A stretch of 64,000 nt of DNA from Ranitomeya imitator. Taxonomy: Eukaryota. Made by a program: the position numbers and the translations under genes. The notes under the pieces are model-generated. The model made no database searches. It saw only the letters and a list, made by a program, of their open reading frames with translations, and was not told where the DNA came from. The stretch spans positions 131,626,001 to 131,690,000 of the forward strand of contig NC_091290.1 in NCBI RefSeq assembly GCF_032444005.1, read 5' to 3'. Below are positions 23,001 to 35,000 of this stretch, in pieces (within the stretch, counting starts at the first letter, position 1; every line of letters begins with the position of its first letter).

Positions 23001-26000
23001 ATACTGTATTTTTAAAGGGATTTCCTGGGACAGTAATATGTAGGTCGAATAGGCTGTGGTGCTCCATACCAGCCAAACCAGAGACCCACTGCTTAAACGG
23101 CCCTGTTATAGGGTTTCCTGCCCCTCGTCAGTACATAGCAGGGTACTGGGTGGCCGAATGCGATGCTCGAAAGCCAGTATCCCCTCTAGTGCCCTCTGTA
23201 CTGATGAGGAGCAAGAAACCCTGTAACATTGCTCCATACAGTTTGATGTCTAAGGGCTACTTTGCATATTTTTTGACATTTCCAAACCAATTTCTTTAAT
23301 GACAACCAGTACCCATTCTCTGATTTGTGTATGAAATTGGGGGCACTGTATTTTTAAAGGGGTTTCCTGGGACAGTAATATGTGGGTCCAATAGGCTGTG
23401 GTGCTCCAACAAGCACCTTGCACAATGCTGCCCATATGATGGTGTACAGACCTGTCAATCACCTGGAGCTGCGCTGGGAATAGTCGGCCAGGGGAGGTGC
23501 CGGACTAGTCCAGCCAAATCTTTTAACTATTAAAGCAAATGGGCCCCTTTGTGCCTTTTTTTTAATAATTTTAATTCAGGTTTTTGGGGGCTAAAAAAAA
23601 ATAATTTTAGCAATTACATTCCATTATAAATTTTGCTCTGAAATCCGAAAGGTAGTTTGGTGGTCCTTAATGTCAACCATTTTCATATATCTCTACAGAA
23701 ATTAATTTAAACCAGAGTAGCCCTCCACCGGAGTATTTTGGTTACATCCGGAGCGGCCATGACCCTGCACTTCTGGTGTCCCCGTTGGTTGTGGCTGGGA
23801 TCGTTATCGGACTGGTTCTCTTTCTCTCCTGCGTTACTATCATCATCGGAAGCCTGAGGAAAGATGGAGGAGAAAGAGACTGGCGCCTTGAAAATCCAAG
23901 CTATGGTGAGCTATGGTTTGTATATTGATGTTTTAGTCAATTTATTAAAAACTTTGGGAAAAAAAAACTAATTTCATGATACTCTGCCAGGAGATGTTTC
24001 TGTTATATATTTCTGTAATTGGTCACTCAATCATTTTTATGTGAATAGCAGCCTATCAAGGGTTTTACCTATATGTACAGCAGGTGAAGTAAGTATTGAA
24101 CACATCACCAATTTTTTTAAGTAAATCTATTTCTATAGGTGCTACTGACATGAAATTCTCACCAGACGTTAGTAACTATTCATCAAACCATAGATGTCCA
24201 TAAATTATCTTATGTGTGATAATGAGATAGGACATAGCTTTCTGAAATGTAATCGAAACTTCGTACAAAAACCTTTGTTGGAGATAAAGCTTCAAGATGC
24301 CTTCTGTCTGGAGAAACTAGTCGCAGACACTGCTCAGGTGTGATTTTGGCCCATTCTTCCACACGAATACTCTTCACATCCTGAAGGTCATGTGGGCTCC
24401 TTCTATGAACTCTGAGCTTTAGTTCCTCCCGTACATTTTCTCTTGGATTCAGGTCCTGTGATCAGCTCGGCCATTCTACCAGCTTTATTTTCTGTCTCTG
24501 AAACCAATAGAGAGTTTCCTTGACTGTGTGTTTGGGATGATTGTCTTGCTGAAATGTCCACCCCGGTTTCATCATCATTCTAGTTAATCGCAGCAGATTT
24601 TTATCAAGAATGTCTGTGTACATTTGTCCGTTCATCTTTCCTTCAATCATATGAAGTTTGCCAGTGTCGTATGCTGAAAAACAGCCTCACAACATGATGT
24701 TCCCTCCTCCAACCTTCACTGTTGGTATGGTGTTTTCAGGTGATATGCAGTGCCTTTTGTCCTCTAAACATGATGTGTATTAAGACATCCAAACAGTTCA
24801 ATTTTGGTCTCATCTGAACAGACTATATTCTTTAAGTATTTCACAGCTTGTCTAAATGTTGTTGAGCAAACTTTAAACACACTTGAACATGCTTTTAGTT
24901 CAACAATGGAGTATTGTGTGGTGAGCATGAATGAAGCCATGAAGGTTGTGTGGCGAGCAATGCATATATAAATGCCATGGAGGTTGAGGGCATTACTTAA
25001 GGTTTGCTTTGATACAATTATACCTGCTCATTCTAGATCTTTCTATAGCTCTCCACAGATGGTCCTTGTCTCTGACAACTCTTCTTTTCACTCCTCTTTG
25101 ACATCTTGTGAGGCGCACCAGGTCATGGAGGGTTTATGCTGAAACAATGTATTTTCCACTTCCAAATTATGGCCAAAACAGTGCCCACTGGAACTTTCAG
25201 TAGTTTAGAAATTCTTCTGTAACCAATGCCATCAGTATGTTTTGCAACAATAAGGTTGCAAAGGTCTTAAGACAGTTCACTGGTTTTACCCATCATGAGG
25301 TGTTACGTGTGTGGCACCTTCATAAGGAGACACCTTTTTATAGGCCATCAGTTGAACCAGCTGATATTATTTTTCACTAAGTAGAAAGATTGCTTTCTAA
25401 TAACTGATAGATTTCAGCTTCTGTCACAACTTTCCATTATTTTTGCACCACTCTTGCTTCATGTGTTAAATACTTTTTCTCTGTGTCATTTCTCATTATT
25501 ACATATAACTTAATTTATGGACATTTCTGGTTTGATGTCTTTGCCTGTGTGAATTGGATGGGTTGCTACTGACATCTGGTGAGAATTTCATGTCAATTTC
25601 ACCTTTAGAAGTACATTTACTTAAAAATGTTTAACTTATTTTCCCCGCTGTGTATATTAAATTTGCATAATGAAATTCTGTGTAATAGTCCTTAAAGGGG
25701 TGGTCCACTACTCGGACAACCCCTTCTCAATCCCTATGTCTCCGTCTTGTAAAATAATAGCACTCCTCCTCACCTCCGGTCCCGGGGATCACGTGACATT
25801 GTTATATCTCGCGATCCTTGCCGCCCCTTTAAAGCGTAACTATTCCTTTAAATTTTATTTTATAAATTAATAATATGCATGAAAATAAAATATATTTTAG
25901 CAGAGAAATCCGCTTTTCGTCCTCCTCCTAGATTGCTGTTTTAATTGGTAAAATCAGTGAAGACAAATTTTCCCATTATTCAGATAGGAGATGACAGTTG

Positions 26001-29000
26001 CAGCTCATAAGAGTCTATGAACAGGGCAGGGGGAGGAGCTACAGGCAGACAAAGACATTCTGCACCTCTAGCTCCTCCCCTCTCCATAGACTCTTATGAG
26101 CAGCAACTTTAGTTTCTTATCTCAGTAATGGAAAAATCTGTCTTCACTGAATACAGATTTTACTGCTTTTACCTGTGAATTGAGAGCAAAAGATAAGTCC
26201 GGGAGGAGAAAGAACGTGGACGACTATTTTCACCGCTTCTTGTGCCGTGTTTTACAGATGGGATCTCCTATGCAACATCTTCCTTTGGAGACTTGAGGTC
26301 GGTCTGTACCGGGGACATTTCTCCAGCCTTAGATTTTGGCTCATACCTAGAGCTGAGCGCTTCCTATCCAGATTATCCACCGTGGTAAGAAATGTTTTCC
26401 AATGTGGCGACAATCTAATAATCCAAGGTAACATCTGGTGCCAAGTCCAATGTGCGCAACTGTTAATGGTGTATGCATCATTGGTACTTAAAGGGGTTGA
26501 CCAATTCTATTTTTTTTACTTAAATGAATGTATAAGCTGAGAGGAGCTTAGAAAAAGACAGATAAGAGAGTTACAAACCCACCCATGAGACCATCAGAAT
26601 GAGCTCACTGATGGATTCTCAGTTAGCTCATTGTGCAGCCAGTAATGCAACATTGATTCTGTAGAAGACAAAAGGTACTCACAAGGGGTTAATTAACCCT
26701 CCGTCACATACAATATTCGGACTAACGAGTTCACATACAATGTGCCTGTCAGGCGCCTGCTGGAAAAATACCCATAATATCTAATGTTTGCAATTTCAGT
26801 GCTCTAAAAGTGATCAGTGACCTTCATAGGGATGTTATAAAAGAGACTACACATAATCAGTTGCAAAAAAAAACATTTACTTAACATAAAACTAATAACT
26901 ATGAAATACATACTTTTCAAAACTCCCGCCAAATAGTCCCCAGTTCGACTCTCTCAAAAAAATGTACAAAGAAAATTTTTGAACACAAACTTAATTTTAA
27001 GGTACCTTAAGTACTATTAAAAACATATTCAATCAGAAGTAGATGCTGAGGTTTCCCCAGAAAAGTCACACTTGCAGAGCAAATAGCAAGAATTACACAC
27101 CATTTTTGCATGTGTCAGGCAAATTGCTTTATGACATTTGAGACATTCATAATTTGAAAGCCTTCTGGTTCCGCTTTCCGTTTGGCAGGTGGTGCATCTC
27201 CTTCTTTTGTGAGGTGGTGCAGATGGTGACTTTTCACCATCATCTTCTGGGCGGAACCTTTTGAGCTGAACTTGAAGGCGAGAGGGGATACCGATTGTTT
27301 TCACGCTTCTCCTGCGTAGCTCTCCAAGTACTAGTTCATGGGCCAATTTTTTCAGATACAATCGTCTACGGAGTGGTTCAAGCTTGTTTTCAAGATAAAT
27401 TACTTGTGAATTTATACCACCCAAATTCAACATAGCAAAAAATATGACCATTGGCCAGCGTTTGATGTTTCTGCTGACGTTGAAAGTGGAGCACATCTGA
27501 TCTGCTGTATCCACACCCCCTTTGGTGGCATTGTAAAATGTAATTATCTCCGGTTTTTTTTCTGCCCCAGTCCCAGGATCGATGGCAGCATCATCATGAA
27601 GTGTTGATAGAAGAAGTACGATTTTTTTGGCATGTGGTACATAGGAAACTAAAGCCTTTCCATTATGGAATGCAAACATACTGCTGTACTGTTGTCTCTC
27701 TTTCACACTTACAAACTGTGGCGGCAATTCCCTTTTGTTTTTTCTTACAGTTCCCACATATGACAGCTTCTGAATTTTCAGATAATCAATCAGATCACAA
27801 CTTGTAAACCAATTGTCAGCTGTAATATTGCGACCCGATCCAAATAAGGGTTCAGCCAGTCTTTTTACAACATCAATGGGTTTGTTGCTCACACAGTAAG
27901 GACCTTCTGGTTGTTTTCCTGCATAAACTTCCAGGTTGTAAGTGTAGGTCTTACTGGCATCAACAAGGGCATACATTTTTATTCCATATTTGTTTGGCTT
28001 TGATGGAATATATTGACGAAAGGCACATCTACCACGAAAACCAGGGAGCATTTCGTCAATAGTGAGATTCTCTCCAGGGTAATAACTTTGTTTACAGTTT
28101 ACAACAAATCTTTGAAATATATCACGAATTGGAGCAAGTCGGTCATGTGTTTTGCGTTCGGTTCGGGTAGTTCTGTCGTCAAACCGAAGGCAACGAATTA
28201 GAATCTTGAATCTGTTTATGGACATAACAAGGCTAAATTTTTCAACTCCATCCCCATCTTTACCCCAAAGTTCCTCCAAACTTTGTCTATTTGCCCTATA
28301 AGCTCCTGCAAGGTACAGTAATCCAAAAAAAGCACGCAGTTCTATTTCATCTGTGGGCTTGATGGTTCTGTTGCAGATGTACTTGTCCTTTATAATGTCT
28401 ATATATTGGTTGGTATATGTGACAATAGAGTCCAGAATGTCATCTGTAAATACACTGTTCCAGCATTCAACTGCAGTTTTTGCATTACGTGCAGTTCCTA
28501 TTACTGCAGGAAGGTGAGTAATAATGTTTAAAGGTTCCCTACGTTTTTTCTGGAATGACTTCTTGTTCCATTTAGTATTTTTATCTTTTCTAATATAATA
28601 TGATCCAACTTCTTCATCCTCACCACTGTCACCATCTTGCTCTGTTTCAGAATCCAGGACACATTCTTCCACCTCATCATGAGAATCAATCTCACTTTCC
28701 TCTCCTAAATCCTCATTCAGTGTGAGGTCTCTATCATCTAACAGCATGTTTGTTACTTCCTCAACATCAAGTTGTTTGGATAAATTGTACATTTTCCTCT
28801 CCATTTCAGCAGATAATCTGAAGCAAGAGAAGGAATATGTTAGGGAACTACTGTATATGCCTGAGCAGCACACTTTCTTTTATAAAATCTCCCTTATTTC
28901 TATGAAATATCCTCACATTTTGTGCTATACATTCATAAAACAAGCTAAATAAACTATTGTGATGAATAAAAACATAAAATGCCAACCTTACTGAATGTGA

Positions 29001-32000
29001 CGTATTCACATACAATGAGCCTGAGAGATCTGTGCAGCTATATCCTCTCCCCTGAAGCTCTGAAATCCAACTGTGATATCAGGTTTCACAGACCTTCAAG
29101 AGACAGGAGACTACCTGGAGGGAGGGGGTTTCCTCACAATCTGGTGAGGAAGGAGAAATGAAAGTAAAAGAGAAGCGCCTGTCAGATCAGTTGTATGTGA
29201 CGGAGGGTTAAGGGTAGGGGTTCCATAATTTAGGGTTTATAAGTGGCAGCTGGTTGGGGGTTTCAGTCCTTTGGAAGTGCACTGAGCTGCTGGTTGAGTT
29301 GGTGCTGAAGGAAAAAAAAAATCTTCTTCGTTACCGAGTGCGACCGGAAGTAAGTGTGTGACTTGTGTTTGTGACTTTGCATTCAGGGAGTTTGCAAGGG
29401 AGGAATTGCCGAATTGCTGTTTGCATTTTATTAATACTCTACATTTCTTTTTACTAAACCTTTCTGTCTGGTGCAATCCCCATTAGGAAATGAGCGCCAT
29501 ATCTGACAATACCATCCAGTGTACGTCTTGCCACATGTATGCAATCCTTGATGTGAGCACGTTGAGCATTTGGAAGCCCAGGTTCTGGATCTAATGATCA
29601 TTTTTATAATTGGTCATTATTATTTTTACTACTATTATAGCAAAAAAAATATTGTTCACCTCAGTATACAGGGACCATAGAAATACACTGTTATATATCC
29701 AGTGTATCTCTATGGATATGTCTATTGTGTTACTGGGTGCAGTGACTGACCAAATTCTCACCTGGCTCTTAATGTAAGCTGTGGCTCAGTGGTAGAGCAA
29801 CTGCCTATGACCGTGGAGACATGAGTCCTGATCACAGGAGAGAAAGCAAATCTATAAATACAATTATATTTTTCTAAATTGGTCATTATTTTTACTACTA
29901 TTATAGGGGAAACAAATATTTTTCTTCACCTCAGTATACAGGGACCCTAGAAATACATTGTTATATATCCAATGTATCTCTATGGATATTGTTTTGCTGG
30001 GTTCAGCGCCTATGACCGTGGAAACATGGGTTCGAGTCTTGAGGATTGCTGATCAGAAGTTTGTATATAAACTTGCAGAATGATGGTACATATGCAGGGG
30101 AACATATGTTCCCCCTATGTGGGTATGTGGGTACATATGGGATTTGCAGGGCTATGTGGGTACATATGCAGAGGTTGCAGGGCACATATGCAGGGGTACA
30201 TATGCAGGGCTATGTGGGAACATTTGGGGGGGGTTGCAGGGCTATGTGGGGGTACATATGGGGTCCCAGGGTTATATATGGGGGTTGCAGTACTATGTGA
30301 GAACATATGGGGGGGCAGGGCTATGTTGGGGGTATATATGCAGAGCTATATGGGGTGTGTTAGGGGTACATATGAGGGTTGCTGGGCTATGTGGGGTGTC
30401 GGGACTATGTGGAGGTAGCTTTATGGGGGTACATATGGGGGGTTGCTGTACATATGTGAGAGGAATATATGGGGGGTTGCAGGGCTATGTGGGGTATCTG
30501 GGCTATGTGGGGGTACATATGCATATGGGGGTTGCTGGGCTATGTGGGGTGTCAGGACTATGTGGAGGTAGCTATATGGGGGTACAGTACATATGTACAG
30601 TACATATGTGAGAGGAACATATGGGGGGTTGCAGGTCCATGGGGGGTTGCAGGACTATGTGGGGTATCTGGGCTATGTGGGGGTACATATGCATATGGGG
30701 GTTGCTGGGCTATGTGGGGTGTCAGGACTATGTGGAGGTAGCTATATGGGGGTACAGTACATATGTACAGTACATATGTGAGAGGAACATATGGGGGGTT
30801 GCAGGTCCATGGGGGGTTGCAGGGCTATGTGGGGGAACATATGGGGTGTTGCAGGACTATGTGGGGTATCAGGGCTATGTGGGGTACATATGCAGGGCAT
30901 GAAAGGTGTATAGAAAATATGCTCAGGTGGGGGTACATATGCAGGGATACACATGGGGGGTTGCAGGGCTATGTGGGGTATCAGGGCTATGTGGGGTACA
31001 CATGCAGGGCAATGACAGGAGTATAGAAAATACGCTCAGGACAGGAGAGCCGCCATATTTCTCATTCATTTTACATTGTGTTTTTGTTGTGTAAAATACT
31101 CAGCGTTTTACAGCTTTTTTAAAAATCTCATGCACACCTTCCTTATTTTTTTGTTTTGCTTGCAGATTCAGTTCTGTATCATGTCAATTGTTGCAGTGTT
31201 TTTTTGCAGTCTATTTCACCCATACTATTAAGTTAGTTAAAATATGCAACAAAAACGCATGTAATGTTATTCCTGCCAACACATCTGGTTTTGCAGCAGA
31301 TTTTTTTTTGCTGCAAATCCTGAATATGTGCCAATAGCCTTAGTCCCTGTCCTGTGTCACCTTCCACAATCTACTATATAATTGTCTAAGGGTCACTTCC
31401 GTCTGTCCTTCTGTCTGTCTGTCTGTAACGGTTATTCGTTCGCTGATTGGTCTCGGCAGCTGCCTGTCATGACTGCCGCGACCAATCAGCGACGCGCACA
31501 GTCCGGAAGAAAATGGCCGCTCCTTACTCCTCGCACTCACTGCCCGGCGCCCGCATACTCCCCTCCAGTCTGCCCTCACACAGGGTTAATGGCAGCGGTA
31601 ACGGACCGCGTTATGCCGCGGTGTAATGCAGTCCGTTACCACCGCTATTAACCCTGTGTGACCAAGTTTTTTACTATGGACGCAGCCTATGCAGCGCCAA
31701 TAGTAAAAACATCGAATGTTAAAAATAATTAAAAAAAATAAAAAGTGATTATATACTCACCTACGCCGCCTTTTCCGCTCCTCGCGATGCAACCGGCACG
31801 TTCCGGTCGCACGGATGGTCCGGCAGAAGGACCTGCCATGACGTCACGGTCATGTGACCGCGACGTCATCACAATGCCTGCGCGGAAAGGACCTGCCGTG
31901 ACGTCACGGTCATGTGACCGCTACACGGTCATGTGACCGCGACGTTATGACAGGTCCTGCACGACAAGGACCTGCCGTGATGTCACGGTCATGTGACCAC

Positions 32001-35000
32001 GTCACGGTCATGTGACCACAACACGGTCACGTGACCGCGACGTCAGCACACCCTGGGACCGGAAGATGCCGCCTGCATCCCACACAGGCGACAGTGCTAC
32101 AACGCGCCTGCGGAAGGTGAGTATATGTTTATTTTTTATTTTTTTAACCTGTGTCATACGTGGCTGGGCAATATACTACATAGCTGGGCAATATACTACA
32201 TGGGCTGTGCAATAAGCTACGTGGCTCTGTGCTGTATACTACGTCACTGGGCAATATACTACGTCACTGGGCAATATACTACGTCACTGGGCAATATACT
32301 ACGTGGCTGGGCAATATACTATGTGGCTCTGTGCTGTATACTACGTCACTGGGCAATATACTACGTCACTGGGCAATATACTATGTGACTGGGCAATATA
32401 CTACGTGGCTGGGCAATATACTATGTGGCTCTGTGCTGTATACTACGTCACTGGGCAATATACTACGTCACTGGGCAATATACTACGTAACTGGGCAATA
32501 TACTATGTGGCTCTGCTGTATACTATGTCACTGGGCTATATACAATGTAACTGGGCAATCTACTACGTGACTGGGCAATATACTACGTGGCTGCGCAATA
32601 TACTACATGACTGGGCAATCTACTACGTGGCTGTGCAATTTACTACGTGGACATACATATTCTAGAATACCCGATGCGTTAGAATCGGGCCACCATCTAG
32701 TTTATTATAAGCACCTGATAGTGTCATAATGAATTTGCGGGTGGGAGAAGACATTATTAGGGTCTTATAATGAATTGGGGGTGGGGGAATGCATTAGCCG
32801 CCACATCCTAATTCATTACAAGTTCCTGATAGCATTATAATGAATTGGGGTGGGTGGGGGATGATATTATCAGAGCTCTATAATGAAATGTTGGGTGGGG
32901 GAGGATGCGATCAGGGCCTTATAATGAATTGTGGGATCTAGGAGGAAGCTCTCAGGGACTTAACATCCTCCCCACCATCCAATTAATCATAAATCCATAT
33001 TTAATGTCCTCCTCCCACCTCCCCCTGTTCATTGTCAGCCCTGAAGTCCCTCTTCCCCCCCCCCCTTAGTCCCATCCCAACCCTTCCCCAAGCCTCCCCT
33101 GACCTCTCTTCCTTGCCATCTCCCCAGTATACTAAAGCAAAATAGAAAATCCCTTACCTATCTATACATTCCCACATGGCATTACTTCTTTCTTCTTCTG
33201 GCAGGGAACTTTCTAAATGACACAGCTGTGTGCAGAGTGCTAATGTCAGTAAGCCACGTGCACCTGTGTTACAGGAAAAGTGCTGGCTGGAAGCGGAAGA
33301 CAAATTCCTATAGCTCTGTAGGCAGTGTACAGGTAATACCCTGATTACCAGTGACATTATACACAGGAGCTCTGTATATAGTGTATGTGCACAGGTAATA
33401 CAGTGATCATCAGAGACATTATACACAGGAGCTCTGTATATAGTGTAGAGTGTGCAGGTAATACAGTGATCACCAGTGACATTATACACTGTGTATAGTG
33501 TACAGGTAATACAGTGCTCACCAGAGACATTATACACAGGAGCTCTGTATATAGTGTATAGTGTACAGGTTATACAGTGATCACCAGTGACATTATACAC
33601 AGTAGCTCGGTATATAGTGTATAGTGTACAGATAATACAGTGATCACCAGTCATTATACACAGGAGCTCAGTATATAGTGTATAGTGTACAGGTAATACA
33701 CTGATAACCAGAGACATTATACACAGGAGCTCTGTATATAGTGTATAGTGTGCAGGTAATACAGTGACCACCAGTGACATTATACACACGAGCTCAGTAT
33801 ATAGTGTATAGTGTACATGTAATACAGTGATCACCAGTGACATTATACACAGTAGCTCAGTATATAGTGTATAGTGTACAGGTAATAGTGATCACCAGTC
33901 ATTATACACAGGAGCTCTGTATATAGTGTATAGTGTACATGTAATACAGTGATCACCAGTGACATTATACACAGGAGCTCTGCATATAGTGTATAGTGTG
34001 CTGGTAATAGTGACCACCAGTGACATTATACACAGGAGCTCAGTGTATAGAGTACAGGTAATACACTGATAACCAGTGACATTATATACAGGAGCTCTTG
34101 ATATAGTGTATAGTGTACAGGTAATAGTGATCACCAGTGACATTATACACTGGAGCTCAGTATATAGTGTATAGTGTACAAGTAATACAGTGATCACCAG
34201 TGACATTATACACTGGAGCTCAGTATATAGTGTATAGTGTACAAGTAATACAGTGATCACCAGTGACATTATACACTGGAGCTCAGTATATAGTGTATAG
34301 TGTACAAGTAATACAGTGATCACCAGAGACATTATACACAGGAGCTCAGTATATAGTGTATAGTGTACAGATAATACACTGATAACCAGTGATATTATAC
34401 ACAGGAGCTCTGTATATAGTGTATAGTGTACAGGTAATATAGTGATCACCAAATACATTATACACATGAGATCTGTATATAGTGTATAGTGTACAGGTAA
34501 TACAGTGATCACCAATGACATTATAAACAAGAGCTCAGTATATAGTGTACAGGTAATACAGTGATCACCAGAGACATTATACACAGGAGCTTGGTGTATC
34601 GTGTACAGGTAGTACACTGATAACCAGTGACATTACACACAGGAGCTCTGTATATAGTGTATAGTGTACAGGTAATACAGTGACCACCAGAGACATTATA
34701 CACAGGAGCTCTGTATATAGTGTATAGTGTGCAGGTAATACAATGACCACCAGTGACATTATACACAGGAGCTCAGTATATAGTGTATAGTGTACAGGTA
34801 ATACAGTGATCACCAGAGACATTATACACATTAGATCTGTAATACAGTGATCACCAGTGACATTACACACAGGAGCTCAGTGTATAGTGTATAGGTAATA
34901 CAGTGATCACCAGAGACATTATACACAGGAGCTCAGTATATAGTGTATAGTGCACAGGTAATACAGTGATCACCAGAGACATTATACACAGGAGCTCAGT

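Noticed and set aside
28805-28873. The N-terminal 23 aa of the 614-aa piggyBac ORF call
   Set aside because: It uses a non-ATG start and reads through a pyrimidine tract and splice acceptor; ATG 28804 is the credible start.
29776-29830. Functional tRNA gene
   Set aside because: The A and B boxes are split between two decayed copies, and no complete cloverleaf can be drawn.
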